A stretch of DNA of 64,000 nucleotides from Promethearchaeota archaeon (GTDB lineage: Archaea; Asgardarchaeota; Lokiarchaeia; Sigyniarchaeales; SOKP01), in contig JAEOTA010000078.1 in assembly GCA_016840085.1 (NCBI GenBank), forward strand, positions 1-64,000. The letters are read 5' to 3'. How positions within the stretch are numbered: the stretch's first letter is position 1; every line of letters begins with the position of its first letter. The notes beneath the pieces were generated by a model. It was not told the origin of the DNA and ran no database searches. It was given only the letters and a program-made list of their open reading frames with translations. The position numbers and the translations under genes are program-made. Shown here one piece after another: positions 9,535 through 19,621 of the stretch.

Positions 9535-11043
9535 ATGTCAGAATTAGTATTTTTAATAAGTAAGTATCTACTTCCCGTAATTATACCACTAATTACAGCT
9601 ATTATAGTTTTAATAACCGGAAAGTGTCGAAAAAGTAAAGGGATATTAGGAGCTATCAGCACAGTTGGTTTGTTTTTGGTTGTGCCCTTTTCCTTATTTA
9701 ATTTTATTGAGTCAATACACACTCCAATTCTTCTCGATTTTCATATTGGTGGAACAATCTTCGTAATTGATAGTCTTTCTGCATTAATATCGCTTATTTC
9801 CTCTATTCTTGGGACAATAATATCTCTTTACAGCATTGGTTACTTAGAGGAAGAACGAAAAACAGAATATTTTTTTCTCCTTTTATTAATGATTTCAGCC
9901 CTAAATGGTGTAGCATATTCGGGTGATCTCATAACCCTTTTTGTGTTTACTGAATTTCTCGCAATTACTGCTTATATTCTAGTTGCTTTTTACAGAAATA
10001 AGGAATCTATTGAAGCGTCATTTAAGTACATCATAATGGGCTCAATTGGGGCGGCTTTAGTGTTGTTTGCACTATCATACGTCTACATCCTCGCAGGCAC
10101 TACTAATTTAACAGAATTAAATGGTGCATTAGATGATCAACCCCTTGCTACTTATTATTTCCTTTTTATCATGTTCGTGCTTGGATTTGGTGTGAAGTCA
10201 GCAATCTTTCCACTCCACACATGGTTGCCAGACGCACATTCAGCAGCTCCATCTGGAGTAAGTGCGATGCTTTCGGGAATTGTTATTGAAATAGAAATGT
10301 TCGCATTAATAAAAGTTTTGGTATCTATCTTTTATAAAGATACTTTTTTACCTTTTGACAGTATAATAATGATATTTCTGCTTATAATATCTGCCTTAAC
10401 TATAACAATTCCAAATTTAACTGCGTTAGTACAAGAAGATATCAAAAGAATGCTAGCCTATTCTAGTGTCTATAATGTGGGTTTGATGATAGTAGGTATA
10501 GCGATAGGTACTCCTTTCGCACTAGCAGCAACAATATTTCATGTTCTAAATCATGAAATTTCAAAGGCGACCATGTTTATTTGTGCTGGATCATTTATTA
10601 AAGAGGGAAAAACGAGGGAAATAAGTAGTTTGGTAGGAATTGGTACTAAAATGAAAATTACAGGAATGATATTTGCCGTAGGCGCATTTTACTTAGCAGC
10701 ATTTCCACCTTTAGCCATGTTCTGGAGTAAGCTATTTTTAATACAAGCTGCAATTGGATCCTCACAATTTATTGGTTGGATGGGAATTATGATTGCAGTT
10801 TTAATCGTAGTGAATACTGTAATTTCTATAGGCTATTATTATGGCGTACTAGTAAAAAATATCGTCATTATTCCTGAAAACCAGATTTCAGAAGAAGTTC
10901 ATGATGCCTCAGAAAAAAATAAGACGTTATTAACCTCTGAGGTAATACTTTTTGCTATAATGGTACTAGTAAGCATCATGTCGATATTTATTTGGGGTAT
11001 TATTTGTGAATGTGTAAATTCTTTCTTATCTGTTTATAATTGA
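9535..11043 (+). CDS. Antiporter-like subunit (NuoN/M, MrpD/MbhH-like)
   Basis: LFVFTEF, EASFKY, KSAIFPLHTWLPDAHSAAP, DIKRMLAYSS, FWSK. Confidence 0.9.
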   Translation: MSELVFLISKYLLPVIIPLITAIIVLITGKCRKSKGILGAISTVGLFLVVPFSLFNFIESIHTPILLDFHIGGTIFVIDSLSALISLISSILGTIISLYSIGYLEEERKTEYFFLLLLMISALNGVAYSGDLITLFVFTEFLAITAYILVAFYRNKESIEASFKYIIMGSIGAALVLFALSYVYILAGTTNLTELNGALDDQPLATYYFLFIMFVLGFGVKSAIFPLHTWLPDAHSAAPSGVSAMLSGIVIEIEMFALIKVLVSIFYKDTFLPFDSIIMIFLLIISALTITIPNLTALVQEDIKRMLAYSSVYNVGLMIVGIAIGTPFALAATIFHVLNHEISKATMFICAGSFIKEGKTREISSLVGIGTKMKITGMIFAVGAFYLAAFPPLAMFWSKLFLIQAAIGSSQFIGWMGIMIAVLIVVNTVISIGYYYGVLVKNIVIIPENQISEEVHDASEKNKTLLTSEVILFAIMVLVSIMSIFIWGIICECVNSFLSVYN

Positions 11044-11057
11044 GGTATCATTTTTGT

Positions 11058-11552
11058 ATGTCTGAAGAAATTACTATTTTAAAACGACTTGAAGAGGATT
11101 CAGTAGAGTATACGAAAGATAAAAACATCCGATTTTTTAAAATCAGGAAAAAAGATTATCTCAATATTGCAAAATACCTCAAAGAACATGGGTTCCAAAG
11201 GTTATTAACTTTAAGTGCGGTGGACTGGATAAAAGATGATTCATTTGAGATATTTTTTATTTTACATACTATGAACAAGAATGTTTATATTAAAGTTTCC
11301 ACGTGCATACCAAGAAGAAAGAATGCTAAAATCGAAAGCTTATCTGGGTTATGGGCGAATGCTGCGTTGCACGAAAGAGAGGTATGGGAAATGTTCGGTA
11401 TTATCTTTGAGGGGAATAAAATGTTAAAACCATTGTTTTTAGAAAATTGGATAGGTCCACCTCCCTTTAGAAAGGATTTTGATTGGAGGAAATATGTTAA
11501 AAGGAATTTCAACATAACGGTGCCGGAGTTTAAAAGAGATGATGGAAAATGA
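11058..11552 (+). CDS. nuoC: Complex I-like subunit C (NuoC/MbhK-like)
   Basis: LSAVDW, HEREVWEMFGIIFEG, PPFRKDF; SD GAGGT before ATG 11058. Confidence 0.9.
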   Translation: MSEEITILKRLEEDSVEYTKDKNIRFFKIRKKDYLNIAKYLKEHGFQRLLTLSAVDWIKDDSFEIFFILHTMNKNVYIKVSTCIPRRKNAKIESLSGLWANAALHEREVWEMFGIIFEGNKMLKPLFLENWIGPPPFRKDFDWRKYVKRNFNITVPEFKRDDGK

Positions 11553-13549
11553 TCAAGAGGATATTTAATATATTGAAAGCAGGGGTAAAACTGTTTATAA
11601 AAAAACCAATTACATTCAAATTTCCTCCAGAGTCACCAATCTCAAAGAAATATAGGGGACGGCATATTTTTCATCCGGAAAAATGTATATCTTGCGGGAC
11701 TTGTTTTAGAATCTGTCCTAATAGAGCAATTAATATGGTAGAAAGGCAAAAAGATGGGAAAACTGTCTATTATCCAAGTATTAATTATTTAAAGTGTTGT
11801 TTTTGCGGGCTATGTCTCGATTTATGTCCTACAAAAGCTCTTGATACAACAAACTTTTACATAATACTTTCAACAAACAAAAAAGATTTAATTTTCACAC
11901 CCGAAAAGTTAGCTCAACAACCAGTATTAGAGCATTCTGAAAAGCCAAAAAGGAAGTCCATTGTAAGTTGGGCGCGTTCAAGGAGCTTGTGGGTAACAAA
12001 CTTCTTTACTGGATGTTGTTTCATAGAAGCAATACCTTGGGTCGGTAGCGGGTTTGATATGGAAAGATTTGGGATGATCGCAAAAGGGAGCCCGTTACAT
12101 TCGGATGTGCTTCTTATAGGTGGCTATGTCACATATAACACACTCAAGAGGTTAATTGGAATATACAAAAAAATGCCTCAACCTAAATTTGTGTTAGTTC
12201 TTGGAAACTGTCCAATGACAGGAGGAACATATTGGGATAGCTACAATACCATAAAAAAGATTGATGATTATATCCCGGTGGATATATGGATCGCTGGATG
12301 TCCTACTAGACCAGAATCTATAGGTATTGCTGCCTACCATGCAATACTAGCTATCGAAGGTGGATATATGCCGAGGGAAATGAAACTTAGAATGAAAAAG
12401 AAGATTCAATATAGAAATACAGATGATTTAATAGTAGAACCAATCATAAAGAAAGTTGGAACCGATGAGAGTATATTTTCTTTTGGCCCACAACATCCCG
12501 CATCAGGTAATTTTTCGATAAGATTGAGTGTTAAAGGAGAAACAGTAAATAATGCTGAATGTATTGCAGGATATCTCCACAGAGGAATTGAGAAACTCTG
12601 TGAATATAGAACATGGTATCAAAATATAATGCTTATACCACGAAGTTGTGTCCTCGATGGTGCATCATATGAAATAGGATATGTTAATACGGTAGAAAAA
12701 TTATTAGAAATTGAAATTCCAGAAAGAGCAAAGTACCTACGAGTAATTCAGGCAGAATTATCAAGGATTCAAAGTCATTTACTTAATTTAGGACTCGTAG
12801 CTTATAGTAGTGGATTTGATACAGTAGCAAGGCTTGTATGGGGGGATAGAGAAAAAATACTTTTTCTCCTTGAGGTATTGAGTGGAAACCGCATTTATCA
12901 AGTATATAATATTCCAGGAGGGGTGAGGAGTGATATCTCAGATGAATTTAAAGAAAATGCTCCAAACATAATATCATATATAAAAAATAGACTCAAAATT
13001 CTTGATGACCTCTTTATGGAAAATCTAGTTTTCAGAAAAAGAACCATCAATCTAGGGAAAATATCTCGTGATATTGCAATAGATTCTGATATTACCGGTC
13101 CTAACATTAGGGCCTCTGGTGTAAAATTTGATGTGAGAAAAGCAACTCCATATGCAGCTTACGATAAACTTCACTTTGATGTGCCAACATTTGATGACGG
13201 AGATGTATATCATAGAGTTTTAGTAAGACGAATAGAAATCGAAAAAAGCCTAAACTTAATAGAAGAAAGTATGAATAAGTTACCTAGTGGTCCTATTAAT
13301 GTGAAATTTGGACCTATGGATAAAGTTCAGAAAGGAGAAGCAATATCTTTTGTCGAAAGTGCAAGGGGAGAGCTATGTTTCCATTTGGTAAGCGATGGGG
13401 GACAAAATCCTTATAGAGTTAAAATAAGAGGGCCCACATTCGATTCCATTCTTTTTTTATTGCCCAAATTACTGAAAGCTTGTTTTCTAGCGGATGTACC
13501 ATTAATTTACTGGAGTCTGGATAATTGTCCCGCAGATCATGATAGATGA
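11549..13549 (+). CDS. Fused NuoI-NuoB-NuoD (MbsN-J-L-like) subunit
   Basis: Two CxxCxxCxxxCP ferredoxin motifs; TGCC..E / GNC / GCP small-subunit motifs; GPQHP, GYLHRGIEK, RSCVLD, ESARGE and terminal DNCPADHDR in one uninterrupted frame. Confidence 0.92.
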   Translation: MIKRIFNILKAGVKLFIKKPITFKFPPESPISKKYRGRHIFHPEKCISCGTCFRICPNRAINMVERQKDGKTVYYPSINYLKCCFCGLCLDLCPTKALDTTNFYIILSTNKKDLIFTPEKLAQQPVLEHSEKPKRKSIVSWARSRSLWVTNFFTGCCFIEAIPWVGSGFDMERFGMIAKGSPLHSDVLLIGGYVTYNTLKRLIGIYKKMPQPKFVLVLGNCPMTGGTYWDSYNTIKKIDDYIPVDIWIAGCPTRPESIGIAAYHAILAIEGGYMPREMKLRMKKKIQYRNTDDLIVEPIIKKVGTDESIFSFGPQHPASGNFSIRLSVKGETVNNAECIAGYLHRGIEKLCEYRTWYQNIMLIPRSCVLDGASYEIGYVNTVEKLLEIEIPERAKYLRVIQAELSRIQSHLLNLGLVAYSSGFDTVARLVWGDREKILFLLEVLSGNRIYQVYNIPGGVRSDISDEFKENAPNIISYIKNRLKILDDLFMENLVFRKRTINLGKISRDIAIDSDITGPNIRASGVKFDVRKATPYAAYDKLHFDVPTFDDGDVYHRVLVRRIEIEKSLNLIEESMNKLPSGPINVKFGPMDKVQKGEAISFVESARGELCFHLVSDGGQNPYRVKIRGPTFDSILFLLPKLLKACFLADVPLIYWSLDNCPADHDR

Positions 13550-14694
13550 GTCTCTTCATTATAAGTATCTTTTCGTTTGAAATATATAACAGCTATAACT
13601 ACTCCACAAATAGATAATATACCTATAAGAAAAATAACTAATTCTAAATTCAGGATGTTTATATTCTCATGCCAGGGGTAATTTCCTTTATATGTATTTG
13701 CAGTGTTATTCAAGTAATTATTATAGATAAATTGTTCCACAGTTTTACCAGTTATTTCAAGACTGACATTCGAAATATGAGTGAGATTATCTTGGGTAGT
13801 ATGATGATAAGGCCAATGTGGATTATCCCAAAAATTAATAATCAAATCTGCTGAAGGAATACCAATGTTTACAAAAGCTTGATGATCGTCCATAATCGAC
13901 GCTGTTGTCGGATTGGATGGAAATTGCTCAGTATATCCTAACCGCCTTCCAACCGCAAATAATTCATCTAATAGAGAAGAAGTAGAGTATTGCTCCTTGA
14001 TAAAACGTAAATTTTCACCTCCAACCATATCTAATAAAATCATACAATCTAAATTTTCAGTCTCAGAATTATAAAAACTATTAATTTCATCCACAAATGC
14101 TTTCGATCCTTCACACCACCCCCAATTATCAATCCCGTAAGCATTATCTCTACCTTGATCCTCTGCGTCAAAAAATAAAAACCATACCTGGCATGACAGA
14201 TTTATTCTTCTTTGATAAAACACTCTAGCAAGTTCAATCAAGACAGCACATCCACTAGCACCATCGTTGGCACCAGGTACAGGATATGATCTATTTAAAG
14301 GGTTAGGATCCTTCGTCGCTTTAGCACGTGAATCATAATGAGCCCCTAAAATTATTATATTGCCATAATTTTGATTTAATTTGAATAAAACGTTTTGACA
14401 CTCAGTTGAGTGAGTAGTAAAATTATGGAGAATGTAAGTAAAATTACTTTCAATTTCTTGAAATTTCGAAATGAAATAGATAGCACAATTTTTTCTCTCT
14501 TCTGTTCCTGGGATTCGATAACCGATATCTAATTGATCTCGTATATATTCATAAGCATTATCACCATTAACATGTAATTCTACGTCAATATTTTGAATTT
14601 CTAGTTTATCTATAGTAAAAAAGGATATGTAAATAGAGAATAATCCTAACACAATGATGATTACGGGTATTATAACCTTTGTATATTTCTTAAT
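13537..14694 (-). CDS. Membrane-anchored M28 family peptidase / glutaminyl cyclase-like (probable ATT start at 14694)
   Basis: GAHYDSR, GANDGASG, FFDAED, LLDMVG, DDH, HHT motifs; N- and C-terminal TM; 3' end overlaps the nuoIBD stop by 13 nt. Confidence 0.88.
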   Translation of the reverse strand: MKKYTKVIIPVIIIVLGLFSIYISFFTIDKLEIQNIDVELHVNGDNAYEYIRDQLDIGYRIPGTEERKNCAIYFISKFQEIESNFTYILHNFTTHSTECQNVLFKLNQNYGNIIILGAHYDSRAKATKDPNPLNRSYPVPGANDGASGCAVLIELARVFYQRRINLSCQVWFLFFDAEDQGRDNAYGIDNWGWCEGSKAFVDEINSFYNSETENLDCMILLDMVGGENLRFIKEQYSTSSLLDELFAVGRRLGYTEQFPSNPTTASIMDDHQAFVNIGIPSADLIINFWDNPHWPYHHTTQDNLTHISNVSLEITGKTVEQFIYNNYLNNTANTYKGNYPWHENINILNLELVIFLIGILSICGVVIAVIYFKRKDTYNEETHLS

Positions 14695-14801
14695 GTAAAT
14701 TCACCATAATTGTAGGAGCTTCTAAATAATCCGTTTTAAATTATTTACTCTAATATCAAAATTCTTATTATTTTTATAATATTTTATTTATAAAAAAGGG
14801 G

Positions 14802-16841
14802 ATGATTATAATGAGTAAAGAAACACGTAAGACCGAATTATCCAAATTACCTTTTATGGATAGTTCTCTTGATATAGAGAAACGAATAGAAGACTTACTA
14901 AAACGATTAAATTTATATGAAAAGTTTAAATTGTGTGCTGGAAGACGAGTGTGGTATGCGCCACCAATAAGAAGATTAGGTATTAAATCTTTTGAAATGC
15001 ACGATGGTCCTCATGGTGTTCGCGTTGATACGGAAGGTAAAATACAGTCAACTTACTTTCCCTCAACAATATGTAGAGCGGCTACGTGGAATCCAGAATT
15101 ATCTAAAGAATTTGGTTTGGCTATAGCCCAAGAAGTTCGGGATGTCGGCGCCCATATGTTACTTGCTCCGGGAATAAATATTCAAAGAACACCGATGTGT
15201 GGAAGAACATTTGAATATCAAACAGAAGACCCTTATTTGAATAAAAAATTAGCAGTTGCAGTTGTAGAAGGTGTTCAAAGTCAGAGAATTGCAGCTTGCA
15301 TAAAACATTTTATTTGTAATAATCAAGAAACAAATCGATTTACCGTAAGCTCAGAAATTAGTGAAAGAGCTCTACAAGAAATATATTATTCTGCTTTTAA
15401 GGCAGCTGTTCAAGATGCAGATGCATGGTCAATAATGAGTAGTTATAATAAGATAAATGGAATCTATGCTTCTGAACATAAACATCTCCTAAGAGAAGTA
15501 TTAATGAATAAATGGGGATTTAGAGGTTTTGTTGTTTCAGATTGGGGAGCAACGAGAGCTACAACAAGTACAGAAAGTAGCATAAACGCAGGTTTAACCT
15601 TAGAAATGCCAACTCCAAATAAATATTCGCTAACTAAAATGAAACAAGCTTTTGAAGAAGGAAAATTTACAGAGGAAGTTCTTAACGAAAATGTAAGACG
15701 ACTTCTAAGAGTAATGTTTCTGGTAGGATTATTTGATGATGAGGATTCTTTACCGCAAGGTAGTCGAAATACTTCTGAACACCAACTATTAGCTCGTAAA
15801 ATCGCTGAAGAAGGTATAGTACTATTAAAAAATGAAAGAAATATTCTCCCTCTGAATATCGAAAAACTAAAGAAAATCGCGGTAATAGGCCCAAATGCAA
15901 ACAAAAAGACATTTTTAGGAGCTGGGAGCTCTACGAATTTTCCTCCATATGAGATTAAACCAATTGATGGAATAAGAGAGAAATGTAAAGGAAGAGTTGA
16001 GATAATCGATTCACCTGTAGAAGCGGATGTAACTTTAATTTTTGCGGGACTAAAACACGAGCGGGGAATGGATGCTGAAGGAGAAGATAAAAAATCATTC
16101 AATTTACCATCTAATCAAATTGAACTTATTTCTAAAACCATTAAAGAAAATCCTAATACGATTGTAATACTTATCAATGGAAGCCCAATCTCTATGAATG
16201 AATGGATAAATAAGGTTCCTGCTGTGATAGAAGCATGGTATGGGGGAATGGAAAGTGGTAATGCAATTACTAATATACTTTTTGGTGAAATAAATCCCTC
16301 TGGAAAACTTCCTATAACATTTCCAAAGAAACTTTCAGATTCACCTGCACATGTTTCTGAACGGACCTATCCAGGTGATGAAAAAGTATTTTATGATGAA
16401 GGCATCTTTGTGGGATATCGTCATTTTGATACACGGAATATTGAGCCACTATTCCCATTTGGTCATGGGTTATCTTATACTAAATTTAGTTATGAAAACT
16501 TCAAAGTAAATAAAGAAAAAATTTCTGGAGATGAAACTATTATTGTGTCAGTCGATGTAATTAACAGTGGCGAATATTCTGGAACTGAAGTTGTCCAATT
16601 ATATATCCAAGATGTTGAGTGTAGTGTAGAAAGACCGCTCAAAGAACTTAAAGGATTTAAAAGGATTAAACTAAAACCTAATGAGAGGAAAACTATTAAA
16701 TTTGAATTAAAAAAAGAGGATCTCTCCTTCTTTGATGAAAAAAATAATTGCTGGAAAGCTGAGAAAGGTTTATTTAATATACTTATTGGTAGCTCATCAC
16801 GAGACATTAGAATACAAGGGGAGATTGAATACTTAGGGTAA
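14802..16841 (+). CDS. Glycoside hydrolase family 3 beta-glucosidase with C-terminal Fn3-like domain
   Basis: DGPHGVR, LLAPGINI, GRTFEY, KHF, VVSDW nucleophile, PFGHGLSYT. Confidence 0.95.
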   Translation: MIIMSKETRKTELSKLPFMDSSLDIEKRIEDLLKRLNLYEKFKLCAGRRVWYAPPIRRLGIKSFEMHDGPHGVRVDTEGKIQSTYFPSTICRAATWNPELSKEFGLAIAQEVRDVGAHMLLAPGINIQRTPMCGRTFEYQTEDPYLNKKLAVAVVEGVQSQRIAACIKHFICNNQETNRFTVSSEISERALQEIYYSAFKAAVQDADAWSIMSSYNKINGIYASEHKHLLREVLMNKWGFRGFVVSDWGATRATTSTESSINAGLTLEMPTPNKYSLTKMKQAFEEGKFTEEVLNENVRRLLRVMFLVGLFDDEDSLPQGSRNTSEHQLLARKIAEEGIVLLKNERNILPLNIEKLKKIAVIGPNANKKTFLGAGSSTNFPPYEIKPIDGIREKCKGRVEIIDSPVEADVTLIFAGLKHERGMDAEGEDKKSFNLPSNQIELISKTIKENPNTIVILINGSPISMNEWINKVPAVIEAWYGGMESGNAITNILFGEINPSGKLPITFPKKLSDSPAHVSERTYPGDEKVFYDEGIFVGYRHFDTRNIEPLFPFGHGLSYTKFSYENFKVNKEKISGDETIIVSVDVINSGEYSGTEVVQLYIQDVECSVERPLKELKGFKRIKLKPNERKTIKFELKKEDLSFFDEKNNCWKAEKGLFNILIGSSSRDIRIQGEIEYLG

Positions 16842-16855
16842 ATGATAATTTTAAA

Positions 16856-18141
16856 ATGATTGTAAAAGAAGATTTAGAAGAAGCAAAGGAGAGAATGAAA
16901 GCATGGTGGGACCATGAAACTACTGATAGACCTACAATTGCATATAATATACCAGAGGGACCGAATTCTGCAAAGGCACTCTTAGCATCAGGTGCGTTAA
17001 ATTATGATTTAGGTAAAAATTGGGATGGAATTGAGCCGATTCTAGACACTCTTGAAAACAATAGTGATGGTTTAGTCTGGGGTGGTGAATGTATTCCCAG
17101 ATATTTTCCTAATTACGGTCCGGGGGTAATAGCAGCGGTATTAGGGGTAACTCCTGAATATAAATCAGGTACTATATGGTTTCATAGAAAAACCGATGTA
17201 AAGATATTGTTAATCTTCTTGAGAGTGCTAAATTAAACAATGATAATGAGTGGTATGTTAGGTTAAAGCGTACCACAGAAATTGCTGCGAAGCGAGGGGC
17301 AAAAAATAATTATTGTGTTGCCATGACTGATTTAGGAGGAATACTTGATATCTTAGTATCATTTCTAGGTCCTCAAGAAATTATCATTCAAATGAGAAGA
17401 AATCCAGAACTAATAGATACTTGTAGAGCAATTATTATGGAAAAGTATCTTAGACTTTACGATGAACTACAAAATATTATTAATAAACATGCGGATGGAT
17501 GTGATACTTGGTTAAATCTCTGGTGCCCAAAGCGATATTATACCATGCAAAGCGATTTTTGTGTTATGCTTAATCAGAAATATTTTGAAAGGTTTGTACT
17601 ACCAGACTTAAGAGAGCAGGCAGAGCATATGGATTATTCTTTTTACCATTTAGATGGTCCTGAACAAATTAGATTTCTTGATGATATTTTAAAACTAGTG
17701 GATGGGATTCAGTATGTACCGAGGGCAAAACATGGAATGTCACAAGATGGGGCTGACGAATGGATGCCGCTTTACAAGAAGATTCAAAAAGCTGGAAAAA
17801 ATATTCATATGACAATCTTGGATTGCCCTATAGTTCCAAAAGTATATAAACAATTAGATTCTAAAGGATTATTTGTCTATGCTGTGTTTCTTACTAAGAG
17901 TCTAGCTGAGTGCTATTTACCGAAGTTTATGGGGGGGAATGGTGGAGAGCTTATTATTATAATTTCAAGTTGGGCAAAGGAAGTGGATATTGAAAAGATA
18001 AATAGAGCAACAGTAAGAGAATATACAACAAGCAATAATATTCAAATTAGCAAATCCCTTGAAAGCCAAATAGTTAGAGAATTAAGAAAAGATAGAAGTG
18101 TTTTAACCTATATTCCAGACATTGAGAAAAAGCATATGTAA
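16856..18141 (+). pseudogene. UroD/MtaA-CmuA-superfamily (corrinoid methyltransferase-like) gene split by a -1 frameshift at ~17200
   Basis: ORF 16856-17236 (PNYGPG) continues in the frame of 17323-18141 from 17203 (DIVNLLESAKLN...MTDLGG; QSDF, YHLDG); the two join if one A is added to AAA at 17200-17202. Confidence 0.72.
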
Positions 18142-18309
18142 TAGGTTTCATATCGAAAATACTAATAAAGGGATTTAATAACATCTAAAATTATAAATTT
18201 TTTAAATAAAAAGCTCTTCTTTTATTTCAATATAATTTTAAATGATTTTCATAATTAGATATTTTGGGAATTTAGGAATCCTAAAAAAAGCATAAAAAGG
18301 TGTAATAGA

Positions 18310-19110
18310 ATAGTAGACCGTTTAAAGGGAAAAATCGCTATAGTAGTTGGAGCAGGACAACAACCAGGAGATACTATTGGGAATGGAAGAGCAATATCAA
18401 TATTATTTGCCCGTGAAGGAGCCAAGGTAATGCTTGTTGATAAAAATCTTAATGCTGCAAAAAAAACAAAATCCATGATTAATAAAGAAGGTGGAGAATC
18501 CTTCGTTTTTAAAGCGGATATTATTAGGGAAGATGATTGTCGTAGGATAGCCGAAAAATGTGTTGAAGTTTACGGAAGGATTGATATTCTGGTCAATAAT
18601 GTTGGTATTGGTGAGGGAGATAGGAAGTTGGTCGATTTGAGTGAAGAGATGTGGGATAAAATTTTCAATATAAACCTTAAAGGAATGTTTTTTACGTGTA
18701 AATATATTTTACCAGTGATGGAGAAACAGGAAAGCGGTTCAATAATAAATATTTCTTCTGTAGCAGCTGTTTGTGCTGTGAGATATGTAGCTTATAAAAT
18801 TTCAAAATCAGGAGTTAATTCTTTAACTCATCAGCTTGCTATGAAGTATGCCAAGAATGGTATCCGTGTTAATGCGATCATGCCAGGATTAATGAACACA
18901 CCTATAGCTATCGAAGGGATGGCAAGAAGCACAGGGAGAAGTAAAGAGGATATAATCGAAATGAGGAATAGTATGGTTCCTCTAAAAGGGGGAATGGGGG
19001 ATGCATGGGATACAGCTTATGCCGCTTTGTTTCTAGCATCAGATGAAGCAAAGTTTATTACTTCAGTTATGTTTCCTGTAGACGGAGGTCAAAGCTCTAA
19101 AATTGGATGA
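18310..19110 (+). CDS. Short-chain dehydrogenase/reductase (FabG-like); probable ATA start at 18310
   Basis: The Rossmann start RLKGKIAIVVGAG...GNGRA lies upstream of the ATG at 18430; NNVG, YKISK (YxxxK), VNAIMPG, VDGG. Confidence 0.92.
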   Translation: MVDRLKGKIAIVVGAGQQPGDTIGNGRAISILFAREGAKVMLVDKNLNAAKKTKSMINKEGGESFVFKADIIREDDCRRIAEKCVEVYGRIDILVNNVGIGEGDRKLVDLSEEMWDKIFNINLKGMFFTCKYILPVMEKQESGSIINISSVAAVCAVRYVAYKISKSGVNSLTHQLAMKYAKNGIRVNAIMPGLMNTPIAIEGMARSTGRSKEDIIEMRNSMVPLKGGMGDAWDTAYAALFLASDEAKFITSVMFPVDGGQSSKIG

Positions 19111-19185
19111 AAATGCCTTTGTTTAATTAATGTTGTTACAAACGAAAATTTAAAATTTAAAATAAAAAAAAATAAAAATATGAGT

Positions 19186-19608
19186 TTATACAGGCTCGAA
19201 GCCCAAATCTACTCTTGTTTCTCCTCTAATTTCGGTTTCAATAAATGTTGCTTTAACAGGCATTCCGACATTAATTGTCTCAGGCTTAGTCTCATCTACA
19301 CCTATTAATTGTCCACTTACCATCGGACCTTCTTCTAACTTTATTACTGAAAAACAATAAGGTTTTTTTCTACCATAACCTTTTTCAACAAAGAAAGGTG
19401 TTCCTACAGTAATACTTGTAAAAGCAGCAATTTGCCCTTTCCCTGACATTTCTACCCATTCCATGTTTGCTTTATTACATTTAATGCATAATTTCCTTAC
19501 TGGAAGATACATCTCGCCGCAATCTTTGCATTTTGAGCCCATTAATTTTTTTTCAGCTAAAAAATCTATATAACTTTTTATAGTAAAATCTCTTTCACTC
19601 TCAGACAT
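19186..19608 (-). CDS. DUF35 family Zn-ribbon/OB-fold protein (thiolase partner)
   Basis: CKDC...CIKC plus OB fold; directly downstream of the thiolase; SD AGGTGA before ATG 19608. Confidence 0.9.
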   Translation of the reverse strand: MSESERDFTIKSYIDFLAEKKLMGSKCKDCGEMYLPVRKLCIKCNKANMEWVEMSGKGQIAAFTSITVGTPFFVEKGYGRKKPYCFSVIKLEEGPMVSGQLIGVDETKPETINVGMPVKATFIETEIRGETRVDLGFEPV

Positions 19609-19621
19609 ATTTTTCTCACCT

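Noticed and set aside
11549-13549. Group 4 [NiFe] hydrogenase call
   Set aside because: Both Ni-binding CxxC motifs are CxxD and no maturation genes are adjacent
15464-16102. 212-aa antisense ORF and the other short ORFs nested in or opposite long genes (e.g. 2656, 7439, 21546, 33578, 58780, 59829)
   Set aside because: Shadow frames of well-supported genes, with no motifs or SD
18255-18476. 73-aa minus-strand ORF
   Set aside because: It is the antisense of the true SDR N-terminus starting at 18310
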